This document shows, piece by piece, positions 28,848 through 38,167 of a stretch of 64,000 bases of DNA (position 1 is its first letter; every line of letters starts with the position of its first letter). Source of the stretch: a virus. Taxonomy: Duplodnaviria > Caudoviricetes. Position numbers and translations under genes: made by a program. The stretch lies in IMG/VR virus record IMGVR_UViG_3300010882_000012; one strand, 5' to 3'. A model generated the notes under the pieces. That model ran no database searches and was not told the DNA's origin. It was given only the letters and a program-made list of their open reading frames with translations.

Positions 28848-28874
28848 AATATTGAATTTTGATTTTGATATTGT

Positions 28875-28945
28875 AAAAATACAGCTTTTATCCTTACGAA
28901 AGTGCATGAATCGGAAAAAGTTACTAACAATCATATGCTAGTAAC
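28875..28945 (-). promoter_or_regulatory. Class-1 promoter with hairpin extension (terminator)
   Basis: Motif 28915-28931. Confidence 0.8.
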
Positions 28946-28970
28946 CTTTTCACTATCAAATCAAAATTCT

Positions 28971-29279
28971 TTAATCGTAAATTTCTTGGCACATGGATTT
29001 CCATGTTTCTTCTTCTATTTCAGTAGAGTTGTTAAAATTAAGGTATGCAAAATTTCCATTTCTGGTATAGAACTTGCAACCAAACTTTTCAAATTCTCTT
29101 TCTATTAAACAGTCTCTATCTGAAAGTGATAAATTCGGCGATTGTTTAGAGATGAGATTATGCGCTAATCTAAGTGCTGCTGCATCCGTTTCTATTTCTG
29201 GTGTAGTCTCATCAAATCCTACTCTATGATAAAGTTTGAAAAAGACGGCTTCTGCTATTTGTTGATTTGAAACTTTCAT
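28971..29279 (-). CDS. hypothetical protein
   Basis: Tiled ORF. Confidence 0.7.
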   Translation of the reverse strand: MKVSNQQIAEAVFFKLYHRVGFDETTPEIETDAAALRLAHNLISKQSPNLSLSDRDCLIEREFEKFGCKFYTRNGNFAYLNFNNSTEIEEETWKSMCQEIYD

Positions 29280-29291
29280 GATGATAAAATT

Positions 29292-29723
29292 TTAAAGATT
29301 TTCGTAACCGCTTGCATAAGTAATTCCGAGTACTTTACTATGAAGATCTTGTTCGATTTTGCGGCTAGCATGAAGAACTTCCATTAATTCATCATATTCC
29401 GGTTGTAATCCGTCTTGAATCATTTGGTAGCTATAGTTAATAGTACCGTCTGACATGATATCAAAAGCATAAGAACTTTGTGTATCTTGCTCATTCCGAA
29501 ATTGTGTACCGAAATCAAAAGATTTGCGCACTTTGTAACCAGATGGAGGATTGCTTGCCGGCATTCCTTTGTATTGTAAAAGACCTTTTTTCCAAAGATT
29601 TTTGATTTGGAGACAAAAGTCAAAAAATTGCAAACTATTAACAGCTCCTAAATAGTTCTTTCCATGGAAAAGATGAACTGCCTGATGTGTGAGATGTTGA
29701 TTGATTTTTGGTTTTACTGACAT
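29292..29723 (-). CDS. VHxW...DFxxQI family paralog
   Basis: VHLFHGKNYLGAVNSLQFFDFCLQI. Confidence 0.75.
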   Translation of the reverse strand: MSVKPKINQHLTHQAVHLFHGKNYLGAVNSLQFFDFCLQIKNLWKKGLLQYKGMPASNPPSGYKVRKSFDFGTQFRNEQDTQSSYAFDIMSDGTINYSYQMIQDGLQPEYDELMEVLHASRKIEQDLHSKVLGITYASGYENL

Positions 29724-29734
29724 GATATTGAATT

Positions 29735-30064
29735 TTAATTAATTTCTACTATTTTCCAAACATTGCGATTACCAAGAAAACTCTTAAGAGAAATTTGGTC
29801 GACTGCCATATACTCATGGATATAACCCGCTTTATCTTGTACCCAATAACAATTAAGAACGTCTGAAAAGTCAAACTTCCATCCGAGCAATGGAATAGCT
29901 GTTTTAAAATAGGAGTTGGTATTAACTCCTTCAGTAATAAAACGGGCATCTTCTCTTGAAAGATCTTCTCCGTTGTTTACTTTTTCCATGATAGCATACA
30001 CTTTTGAGTTTTGAACGGCTGTAATATTATTTGCTGTTTCTGAGAATTTGGTTATATTTTGCAT
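29735..30064 (-). CDS. hypothetical phage protein
   Basis: IPLLGWKFDFSDVL. Confidence 0.75.
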   Translation of the reverse strand: MQNITKFSETANNITAVQNSKVYAIMEKVNNGEDLSREDARFITEGVNTNSYFKTAIPLLGWKFDFSDVLNCYWVQDKAGYIHEYMAVDQISLKSFLGNRNVWKIVEIN

Positions 30065-30131
30065 GTTCGTTATTATTAAACGGTTTGAAATTTTGAACGA
30101 ATTGAATTGATGTTGTTTGTGATTTTGAACG

Positions 30132-30383
30132 TTACAGTAATTCTAAGAAATTAGCATTACCCCAACCGTCTGCTCTTCTAATCCAAGCATTGTGGCTGGT
30201 AAATTCTTGATCTCCCCAATAAATGGTCCGATCTAAGTTAACTTTAACATTAATAGTATGGATATCTTTGGTCACCTCTGCTATAGTACCTTCTTCCATT
30301 TGTCCGAAAGTCATAGTTTTGCATTTTCTACCGATGAGGTCATTACGGAGGATTCCATTAGGTGCTAATTCTTGTACTGTCAT
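30132..30383 (-). CDS. SH3-like hypothetical protein
   Basis: Start corrected to MTVQE. Confidence 0.7.
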   Translation of the reverse strand: MTVQELAPNGILRNDLIGRKCKTMTFGQMEEGTIAEVTKDIHTINVKVNLDRTIYWGDQEFTSHNAWIRRADGWGNANFLELL

Positions 30384-30410
30384 GATGTTTGAATTTTGAT
30401 TTGATATCGT

Positions 30411-30482
30411 AAAAATACAGCTTTTATCCTTACGATAAGATTTAAAAAGAAAAAAGTTACTAACAATTTGCATGCTAGTAAC
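30411..30482 (-). promoter_or_regulatory. Class-1 promoter with hairpin extension (terminates NAD operon)
   Basis: Motif 30451-30467. Confidence 0.8.
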
Positions 30483-30534
30483 CTTTTCCACAATCAAAAA
30501 TTCAAAAAAGTTCTCTATTCAAGAGAATTTATTA

Positions 30535-31368
30535 TTAGATCCATTCTATTACAGTCGGATCATAGTTTTTGTACATCGGAGTTTTGTAATCCTTTTCTGT
30601 TAATTTGTACCATTGAAAGTGTTTTGCAAGTTCGTTAAATTCTTTCACAACTTCTTTTTTAATTTTCTTGTTGTCAAAACGATAGTGTGAAAAAGTCATA
30701 CCACAATCTGAATCAGTGTAAGAATCACATGCCGATTTTGTAATTTTAATAGCTTTTTCTATTGCTTCTAAAACAGTCTCTCTTGTTACTAATGGTATTT
30801 CTTCAACTGGTTCCGGTTCATTAATAACATTGATGTGATTAAGTTTTAAAATTGCAATTGCTTGACGATGAGATTCATCTGTAACACAAGCACAACAACT
30901 TGCATCTACAGTAATTTTGGCTTTACGATAGATTGCTGATAAGATAATAGCATTTTGTAAAACACAAATTCCGGTACACAATCCAAAAAGTTCAATTTCA
31001 TCAATATCCTCTTCATAGATATTATAGGATTCAAAAAACTCTTGCCATTTTACAGTACCATGTGCAAACTTTGTAATAGCACTTGAATTTTGTTCTAAGA
31101 GTTCTTTCAGTTCCGGATGTAATTCAGCTCCAGGAGTATCATAAACACAATGACATACACGTAAGTCTCTACCTTCTAAAGTATGCTCATACTTGTATGG
31201 ATCCATTGGATGATTATGGTTGTCAAAAGAATGTGCAATAAAATCTCCATTCTCTATGGCTTTTTCAATTTTAGTTTTACAGTTTGCTATGATAGCATGT
31301 GCATGTGGAGAACCTAAAGTTCCTGTAATAAAATCATTTTCTAAGTCGATTGCTAAAGTAATTTTCAT
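30535..31368 (-). CDS. pncA: nicotinamidase (isochorismatase family) with C-terminal extension
   Basis: IDLENDF, DNH, HCV, K, GLCTGICV. Confidence 0.85.
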   Translation of the reverse strand: MKITLAIDLENDFITGTLGSPHAHAIIANCKTKIEKAIENGDFIAHSFDNHNHPMDPYKYEHTLEGRDLRVCHCVYDTPGAELHPELKELLEQNSSAITKFAHGTVKWQEFFESYNIYEEDIDEIELFGLCTGICVLQNAIILSAIYRKAKITVDASCCACVTDESHRQAIAILKLNHINVINEPEPVEEIPLVTRETVLEAIEKAIKITKSACDSYTDSDCGMTFSHYRFDNKKIKKEVVKEFNELAKHFQWYKLTEKDYKTPMYKNYDPTVIEWI

Positions 31369-31380
31369 ATGATTAAGTTT

Positions 31381-32247
31381 TTAAAGTTGAACATTTTTAA
31401 TTAATTTGAACATTGGTATGGCTTTAAGTTTATGCTGCGACATCAGATTTCTTCCCATTACTGTTTTCACTATACCGGGTCGGATATTTTCATTTGCAAT
31501 AAATTCCGGTGTCGCATAAAGTATGAAATCATCAAGTTGTTCATATGAAAATCCAAGTTCTTCTTCATCAGATTGACCTTCCCAAAGATCAGCACTTGGT
31601 TTTTCATTGATGATAGATTTCGGAACACCAAGATATTCAGCAAGAACATAAACCTCTCTTTTTGTGCACCAACCGAGAGGATTAAGGTCACATGCACCAT
31701 CGCCCCATTTTGTAAAATAGCCACAATAACGTTCTGAAAGATTGCCGGTACCTATTACAAAACGACTCATGAGTTGTGCCATTTGATAAAGGTGATTCAT
31801 TCGGATACGAGCACAAACATTAGCTTTTGCCAGATTTGCTGCTTCTGGTGTAAAAGATTTATCCCAAAAAAGACTATTTTCTGTAACAAGCATAGAATTG
31901 ACTGTTTTGGTAATATTAAAAGTTTGCCATTCAAAGTCAAACTTGTCAACTAATTTCACACAGCGCTGCATAGAAGAGTTGTTTCCTCTTGACATGGATT
32001 CTCCATAAGGCATGGATATGAGTTGCACCGGTACATTTGCAATTTGACAAAGTCTTGCAACAACAGAGCAATCTACACCGCCTGACATGCCAAGTACAAC
32101 ACCTTTGCGATTTGCTTTTGCTACAGCATTTGCAATCCAATCTGACATAAGATTAGCATAATGTGCAACATTTTTACTATCAATAATTTCTTGTTTTAGT
32201 TGAGCCGGCATGGGACAACTTTTGTTTAAATTTTCAGTATTTTCCAT
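31381..32247 (-). CDS. nadE: NH3-dependent NAD+ synthetase
   Basis: LGMSGGVDC, ARIRM, GTGNLSE, GYFTKWGDG, PSADLWEGQSDEEELG; start at MENTE. Confidence 0.93.
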   Translation of the reverse strand: MENTENLNKSCPMPAQLKQEIIDSKNVAHYANLMSDWIANAVAKANRKGVVLGMSGGVDCSVVARLCQIANVPVQLISMPYGESMSRGNNSSMQRCVKLVDKFDFEWQTFNITKTVNSMLVTENSLFWDKSFTPEAANLAKANVCARIRMNHLYQMAQLMSRFVIGTGNLSERYCGYFTKWGDGACDLNPLGWCTKREVYVLAEYLGVPKSIINEKPSADLWEGQSDEEELGFSYEQLDDFILYATPEFIANENIRPGIVKTVMGRNLMSQHKLKAIPMFKLIKNVQL

Positions 32248-32257
32248 TTTTGTAATT

Positions 32258-33955
32258 TTAGAGGTTGTAAACACGTTTCATTTCTTTATTATAGAGAACT
32301 TTAATTTCATCCCATGAATTTAAGTAATAAAATTCTCCATCTTTGTAGAATTCTTTGAGTAAGTTTTTGTCTCCATATGCATCTGCTTCTTCAGGAGTCA
32401 AGTTGTCAATCATAGCATAGTTGTTTTTAGATTCATCCCAAATAACAACCGGTATACCGGTAGGAGATTTTTTAAAACTGTTCTTTTCAGATTTTACGAG
32501 TTTTTGAATTTTTTTGAAAACACCTGACATGATTTCTGCAATTCCTTTTAATGCAAAACCAAACGTATCTCTCGTAACATACTGATAAGTGAATGAACCA
32601 ATTCCAAAGCTAACGTTAATACTTGCAAATCCTTTGTCTCTAAGACGTTTGCAAATTTTGAAACATCTCTCAATTGTAATAGCATCACCGTAAGTAATTC
32701 CAATATGAGAATCATGTTCCTTAAAACCGTTTGCGTTTACAGTGCCACCGAATTCATTCCAAAGTGCTTCACACAATCCCAAATCTTCTACAGTCGGTGT
32801 GTACTCTTCATAGATATCTTTCCATGGATGATAAGCCGAAATCGAATGATCATCTTCTCTTGTTACTTTCCACCAGCTTCCATCTTTTAATCTGAAAATA
32901 ACGCCTAATCTCATTTCAGCAAAACCATTATTATGATAGTATTTCTTTGCTTCTGCCATGGTTAAGAAAATTTTTGTTTCTCTTCCACAAACAACTTCAA
33001 CCGGATCACCACTGTCAGGGCGGATGAAAACTTTTCCAGGTCTTGATAAAATTTGAGGTTTTATCTCCGGCAATACAGTAGAGATAACATTCCAAAAATC
33101 GTAAGTATCTGAAACAATTGAGATGTTGCCGCTTGGATACTTCTTTGTAATAAGAGTAAGAAATCCACGAACCTCATCAATTCCCCAACTACACATTACA
33201 GAATGTTCGGTTGACGGATTACAAGAAATAGCTCCTTTTGGTTTTTGATAAAAAGCTTTAAGATAATTACGGACAGGAACAGTAGCTGAAACATTAAAAG
33301 CAAGTAGATGTCCAGGACCTGTGCGATATGCTGCTTCCGGTTGATTCATGCCTCTCATTGAAAAGTCGCCGGCTTGATTATCAACTCGGACTTCATCTAC
33401 ACCTGTTTCTCTTGCAAATTGGATGAGAATTTTTTTGTAAACGGATGAGATAGTCCCGGATGTCATTGGACTCCAGATGTAAGAAGAAAGTTGAGTTTCG
33501 ATATAGCCAGGAATCCAGAAAAATCTTGGATCTGTATTCTCAATAGTAAACATTGCAACGCCAATAGGTACAAAAGTACCTTCCGCAAGTGCTTTTACCT
33601 TAATAGGAAGATATCCTAAAGCATGTAAAGCCCTAACATGTTCAGAACCATGATTAGCCGCCCATTCTGGATTTGTCTTTTTAAAGATATCTGTAATGGT
33701 CTCTTCGTATTCTGCAACTACATCTTCAACAGGTCTAGAGAAAAAGTAATCTTGGAAATTTTGTGTGATTTCTGCTAAAGCTCCTTGTAAAGAGTAAAAG
33801 CATACATGGTTAATTCCTTCTGCTCGTGACATCCGTGGAATCCAAGTTTCTAAAATCCATTCAATACCATCAGGATATTGGGACATGTGACAAATTTTGT
33901 AGACATCTGTCATGTCCATTGGATTTTTGATCATTCTGTCGTTTAATTGAAACAT
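32258..33955 (-). CDS. NAMPT/NadV-family phosphoribosyltransferase (Namat-like; Asp219 position is Ala)
   Basis: TDVYK..H...YP, DFSMRG, STEHS, VSDTYD, IRPDSGDP, YGDAIT, TRDTFGFA. Confidence 0.92.
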   Translation of the reverse strand: MFQLNDRMIKNPMDMTDVYKICHMSQYPDGIEWILETWIPRMSRAEGINHVCFYSLQGALAEITQNFQDYFFSRPVEDVVAEYEETITDIFKKTNPEWAANHGSEHVRALHALGYLPIKVKALAEGTFVPIGVAMFTIENTDPRFFWIPGYIETQLSSYIWSPMTSGTISSVYKKILIQFARETGVDEVRVDNQAGDFSMRGMNQPEAAYRTGPGHLLAFNVSATVPVRNYLKAFYQKPKGAISCNPSTEHSVMCSWGIDEVRGFLTLITKKYPSGNISIVSDTYDFWNVISTVLPEIKPQILSRPGKVFIRPDSGDPVEVVCGRETKIFLTMAEAKKYYHNNGFAEMRLGVIFRLKDGSWWKVTREDDHSISAYHPWKDIYEEYTPTVEDLGLCEALWNEFGGTVNANGFKEHDSHIGITYGDAITIERCFKICKRLRDKGFASINVSFGIGSFTYQYVTRDTFGFALKGIAEIMSGVFKKIQKLVKSEKNSFKKSPTGIPVVIWDESKNNYAMIDNLTPEEADAYGDKNLLKEFYKDGEFYYLNSWDEIKVLYNKEMKRVYNL

Positions 33956-33969
33956 TTTAAAATTTTTGA

Positions 33970-34173
33970 TTATTGTTTTAATTTGTCATGTTTTGATAAA
34001 GTGTGCATTGCAAGAATCCTAAGAATCTTTTGATAGAAGAAAATTGCTATAGGGATTAAAACCAACCATATAGAAATTTCAATAATAGTTGCAAGTTTTA
34101 AGACAAGCAAAATTATTGAAACTAAAATTAGTCCCAATCCGGGTAATAAAAATTTTCTTGCTTTAGTTTTCAT
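33970..34173 (-). CDS. small membrane protein
   Basis: LKLA..I..S.WLVLIP. Confidence 0.7.
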   Translation of the reverse strand: MKTKARKFLLPGLGLILVSIILLVLKLATIIEISIWLVLIPIAIFFYQKILRILAMHTLSKHDKLKQ

Positions 34174-34357
34174 TGAGTGATTCTATCATGTCAATTGAAA
34201 CTACAAGAAGGTTGTTATAATCACCACTCATAGCTTCTTTTCTGTAGTTGTTAATTTCTTCATTAGTCTTTTTCTCTGCTTTCATACAAGAAGAGACATA
34301 GCCCATAACGGAATAGGCATTACCATCTATTCCTACTAAATCATAAGGTTTTTTCAT
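34163..34357 (-). CDS. conserved small phage protein
   Basis: LVGIDGNAYSVMG...AMSGDYNNLL. Confidence 0.8.
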   Translation of the reverse strand: MKKPYDLVGIDGNAYSVMGYVSSCMKAEKKTNEEINNYRKEAMSGDYNNLLVVSIDMIESLNEN

Positions 34358-34373
34358 GTTTTTGATATTTTGA

Positions 34374-34613
34374 TTAAATTTTGTAGTCGTTTGGAATATT
34401 GAGGATAATGTAAATACCTCTATTAACTTGTGAGATATGACCAGCTCTAATTAAAGCATTAAATTCTTTAATAGCGGCTTGTTTTCCTGTTTCACTATAA
34501 TTACTTGTTCTCCATTGATAATTGAAGATAAAATTATGGCGTGTCATTGTTGCACCTATCTCTTTAAAAGATTGTAATACTTGAGTTGTTGTTTGTGAAT
34601 ATAATTTTGCCAT
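34374..34613 (-). CDS. small winged-helix-like protein
   Basis: LIRAGHISQVNRGIY. Confidence 0.6.
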   Translation of the reverse strand: MAKLYSQTTTQVLQSFKEIGATMTRHNFIFNYQWRTSNYSETGKQAAIKEFNALIRAGHISQVNRGIYIILNIPNDYKI

Positions 34614-34813
34614 ATCTTTAAATTTTAATAAGTGTCCTTTTTTGTGAGTATCATTATTTTAAATTTCGTTTATTGTACTGTTCTTGATAATGAGCAATAT
34701 TTTCTTCCATCTCTTCAATAGTTATCAAGTTTAATGCTTGTAATTCTTTTTGTCTTTCGGTGAGAAACTTTAGTAAAGTCTCACTCATTACGATATTGGT
34801 CTTTTCTGCCATA

Positions 34814-35002
34814 TTAAATCCTTTCTTTCATTGGTTCAACAATAATTTGTTCGCTGCAATTTGGACAAAAGATGTAATTAACTTGTGGATTACCTTCTCC
34901 AGGATATGCATGGAGTTTGTAGTCTTGAGTCATGTAACCGATTCTTTTATTACAATACTTGCACTTTGTTTCAAAGTGATGATTTTCTATTACGTGTGCC
35001 AT
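34814..35002 (-). CDS. Zn-ribbon protein
   Basis: CKYC...CPNC. Confidence 0.7.
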   Translation of the reverse strand: MAHVIENHHFETKCKYCNKRIGYMTQDYKLHAYPGEGNPQVNYIFCPNCSEQIIVEPMKERI

Positions 35003-35253
35003 GTTTCTAAAGTTTTTCTAAAATTACTGTTACTATTGACATAATGGAAATTATAATCCAAAAGCCGGTTGTGAGAAATCCCATAAGAAGTTTTGCATTA
35101 TCCCAAGCCCAAGATTTTGGTGTCCAATTTTTGTTACCTTTGCGATATTCACTACGATTAACTTAATCTGCTATAATAGCAACTAAAATTGTAATAACAG
35201 TGAAAATTGATATGGAGACTATTCCCCAAAAAGTGATGTTTACCATAGTTTTA

Positions 35254-35451
35254 TTATTTAAATAATGATGTGATATAAGCTGTGAGAACAAACATGATTA
35301 TGATAAGAGCAACAGTACATGCAAATTTTCCCATTCTTACGTAAAAAGATTCTAATCCATCAGGATTTACTGCTTCCCATCTTTGTTCTATGATTGTTGA
35401 AATTGTTGCTATAACAATTACTACAATTATTAAGGTAATCCAAAAAATCAT
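35254..35451 (-). CDS. small membrane protein
   Basis: Two TM helices. Confidence 0.65.
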   Translation of the reverse strand: MIFWITLIIVVIVIATISTIIEQRWEAVNPDGLESFYVRMGKFACTVALIIIMFVLTAYITSLFK

Positions 35452-35460
35452 ACTAACCTC

Positions 35461-35919
35461 CTATCTTTGAAAATAAACAACTACAGTAGGTATAGATTCT
35501 CCGAGTACATTAACATCACTTGCAAAAGTAACAAAAGTGACCGGATAAAACTCTTCGCCATCTTGAATTAAAACTGGATAATTTTCAGTTTTTTCTTCTT
35601 CTGAAAACCAACGATTGATAGAACGTGTAATTTCATTAGAAACAATAGGTTCTAAATTAGGTTCAGCAATAGCACCATGTTCTGGAATACAATAATTGTT
35701 TTCCATATCTACAGTGTTTAAAGTTTTTAAAACTAAAACGGTTTCATTGATTTGATTTCCTTCTGCGTCTTGTTTTGTGTGAAGATCGAAGATATCATAA
35801 TCAACAATCCATTCAGAAACTGCATCTTGTTCATCTGCATCAGCAAGTACTGCTTCTACTGGAGTTAATTTAGGTGCTTGTAAAGCTTCTAAATCTGATA
35901 AAAATTGTTTAGTATTCAT
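35461..35919 (-). CDS. acidic hypothetical protein
   Basis: Start corrected to MNTKQ. Confidence 0.75.
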   Translation of the reverse strand: MNTKQFLSDLEALQAPKLTPVEAVLADADEQDAVSEWIVDYDIFDLHTKQDAEGNQINETVLVLKTLNTVDMENNYCIPEHGAIAEPNLEPIVSNEITRSINRWFSEEEKTENYPVLIQDGEEFYPVTFVTFASDVNVLGESIPTVVVYFQR

Positions 35920-35940
35920 TTTGATTAATTTTGATACCAC

Positions 35941-36013
35941 AAAAATAGCATAATTTTCTTTACCATGTTGTTTAAAAAGAGAAAAGTTACTAACAATTTG
36001 TGATGCCAGTAAC
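35941..36013 (-). promoter_or_regulatory. Class-1 promoter with hairpin extension; drives unit containing NAD genes
   Basis: Motif 35982-35997. Confidence 0.78.
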
Positions 36014-36259
36014 TTTTACTCTATTTCCCATTCTCTTTCTTCTGTGGTTGCTTCCGACTGAACTACAAACTCTGGGAGAAGTTTGTTTCTCGTTTCACAA
36101 ATTCAAGATACGTCTCACCACCAGATATTACCTGAATCTCCACGAGCTTAAATTCGATATGTTCTATACCTACTCGTTCTCTTAGTACTAATTAGATTAA
36201 TTAAAGTTAGCGTTCTCATCAATTTCTCTGCTTAGTTATCATCAATCAAAATTCTATTT

Positions 36260-36285
36260 TATTATGCGCAAGTTTTAAAAAGTTT
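36260..36285 (-). promoter_or_regulatory. Class-2 motif
   Basis: AAACTTTTT-N11-ATAATA. Confidence 0.5.
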
Positions 36286-36479
36286 TAGAATTGTTGGAAA
36301 AAAATTGAAATTTTATCCGGTCTTTCATGTGCTTTACAAACTAAAGATTGACAACCGATTTCTTTTAGTGCACATTGTTGACAATCATTTAGTTGATATG
36401 ATTTTACTACTTTGTATCGATTTCCTTTAAATCGGCATGTAGTTCCTAACTCTATGAAAAACTTTTTCTTCTTTTTCAT
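36285..36479 (-). CDS. Cys-rich RxDxxxVxF family paralog
   Basis: CQQC...C....C....RPDKISIFF. Confidence 0.7.
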   Translation of the reverse strand: MKKKKKFFIELGTTCRFKGNRYKVVKSYQLNDCQQCALKEIGCQSLVCKAHERPDKISIFFQQF

Positions 36480-36495
36480 ATACTATCTATTTTAT

Positions 36496-36524
36496 AAAAA
36501 GAGCCTCAGATTTCTCTAAGGCTC
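36496..36524 (-). terminator. intrinsic terminator
   Basis: GAGCCTTAGA-GAAA-TCTGAGGCTC-TTTTT. Confidence 0.85.
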
Positions 36525-36623
36525 TAGATGGTGGACCATCATGATTGCCGGTCTAATTTAATCATCCGGATGATGGTCCTTCCTGCCTGGCGAGGACTGC
36601 ATTTCACCAGTCCGGAAAGTGTG

Positions 36624-36980
36624 TTATGATAACGGTTGTGAAGTTGTTGCACACCATGGACCTCTATTAGCTGCCCAGGACGTCTCACAACGGAGATTGA
36701 TACTTGGAATAGCATAACAAACTTTGAGGTCACCAAGGTGGTCATTTACGCCCAAAAATTGAGCATCACGATAACCATATGCTTTGGCATATTTTTCAAA
36801 ACGACTACGGATTGTTCTAACCGTACTTGCCCATTTTCTACGACCTTCTGAATTGTTGAGGGAGATAATGGTACTTTGAAGTGCACGATAAACACCGTCA
36901 CGACAATTTTCGTAAACTGCATTTGTACTTACAGCTTCTTCACGAGCTGATGTTGCTGGATTTTCTTTTTTTACTGACAT
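36624..36980 (-). CDS. hypothetical protein
   Basis: Start corrected to MSVKK. Confidence 0.75.
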   Translation of the reverse strand: MSVKKENPATSAREEAVSTNAVYENCRDGVYRALQSTIISLNNSEGRRKWASTVRTIRSRFEKYAKAYGYRDAQFLGVNDHLGDLKVCYAIPSINLRCETSWAANRGPWCATTSQPLS

Positions 36981-37014
36981 GATTTTAAATTTTGATTGAT
37001 TAACTTTGTAACGT

Positions 37015-37085
37015 AAAAATACAGCTTTTATCTTTACGATAAGATTTAAAAAGAAAAAAGTTACTAACAATTTTCATGTAGTAAC
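37015..37085 (-). promoter_or_regulatory. Class-1 promoter with hairpin extension
   Basis: Motif 37055-37071. Confidence 0.8.
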
Positions 37086-37117
37086 TTTTCTCCACTCATT
37101 AAAACAACTTACTGCCA

Positions 37118-37849
37118 TTAGCAAGTTAAACAATCTCCATTATGATCGGTCTTTTTGGTGTACATCTTACCATCACTCATGTCTTGTTCGGTAATTTCTT
37201 CTTCATAGATATCTCCGTCTTCTGTTTCATCTTCCTCTTCCTCATACTCTTCACCATTTGCAAGACATCTAACACGATATTCTTCTTTTGTTAAGAGTTC
37301 CATTTGTTCTACGTAGGTTTCTGTTTCCATTGCTAATGGTAATTGAAAAGTACCGAGTAAACGACAGGGACCATATCTTCCATCTTTTGTTTCTCCATAT
37401 CGGTTGCAACCTGATGGATCTTCATAATCCTGGAATCCTCTCCAAAATTCTAAAACATTATCATCTAAATTGATGATGTAAGCATACTCACAAAAAAGAC
37501 TATCTAAGATAAAATTATTGTGATTTGGCATGTAAGGAATTCCCTCTTTGTAAACTGCCAGATTTCCTTGTGCTTTTCTAAGTAAGCAATACCAATCTGA
37601 AGTTGATTGTTCAGAAACTCCCAAATCTGTCCAAGGTTCGCATTTTTTGATTTGTTCTGGAGTTGGTGTAGAATTATTAGTATCAATTAACTCAATTCTA
37701 TCGTAGATTTCATTAAGTTCTTTAATACTAACAGATTTGCAAAAATCCACCACTTCATTTCCTAACCATTCAGGATAAGAATCAAAGTGATTGTAGGTTA
37801 ATTTGTCTTCGTTGTTTTTACGAAAACCATAAGCACCGCGTGTTCCCAT
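37118..37849 (-). CDS. conserved phage protein (MGTR...YxHxDxYP family)
   Basis: MGTRG...YNHFDSYPEWLG...CEYAYIINLD. Confidence 0.8.
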   Translation of the reverse strand: MGTRGAYGFRKNNEDKLTYNHFDSYPEWLGNEVVDFCKSVSIKELNEIYDRIELIDTNNSTPTPEQIKKCEPWTDLGVSEQSTSDWYCLLRKAQGNLAVYKEGIPYMPNHNNFILDSLFCEYAYIINLDDNVLEFWRGFQDYEDPSGCNRYGETKDGRYGPCRLLGTFQLPLAMETETYVEQMELLTKEEYRVRCLANGEEYEEEEDETEDGDIYEEEITEQDMSDGKMYTKKTDHNGDCLTC

Positions 37850-37866
37850 TTTAATGTAATTTAAAG

Positions 37867-38154
37867 TTAGTTATTGTTTGATTTAAGATTAGAAACTTGA
37901 ATACAATACTGATTAACTTGAAAATCAGTTAGATAACCAAGAACATCGGAAGTGATATCTGTTTCATAACAAAGATTCCAATTTTCAGAATTTCCTTCTA
38001 AAATTGCAAGCTCCCAAAGTCCTTCTGTCCCGCCATAAGAGTAAGGATGCTGAACTACAGAAACACCATAGCCATTTGTCCAAAAATTGATGTATTGTAT
38101 ACCGCCAAAATCGGGTGTTGAAAATTCAAAATTTTTAAAATTCATCTCTTCCAT
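37867..38154 (-). CDS. conserved phage hypothetical protein
   Basis: NGYGVSVV...SYGG..GLWELAIL. Confidence 0.8.
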   Translation of the reverse strand: MEEMNFKNFEFSTPDFGGIQYINFWTNGYGVSVVQHPYSYGGTEGLWELAILEGNSENWNLCYETDITSDVLGYLTDFQVNQYCIQVSNLKSNNN

Positions 38155-38167
38155 ATTTTTTTTGTTT

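Noticed and set aside
36529-36612. tRNA or tmRNA gene
   Set aside because: No cloverleaf or TTC T-loop; only an acceptor-like stem
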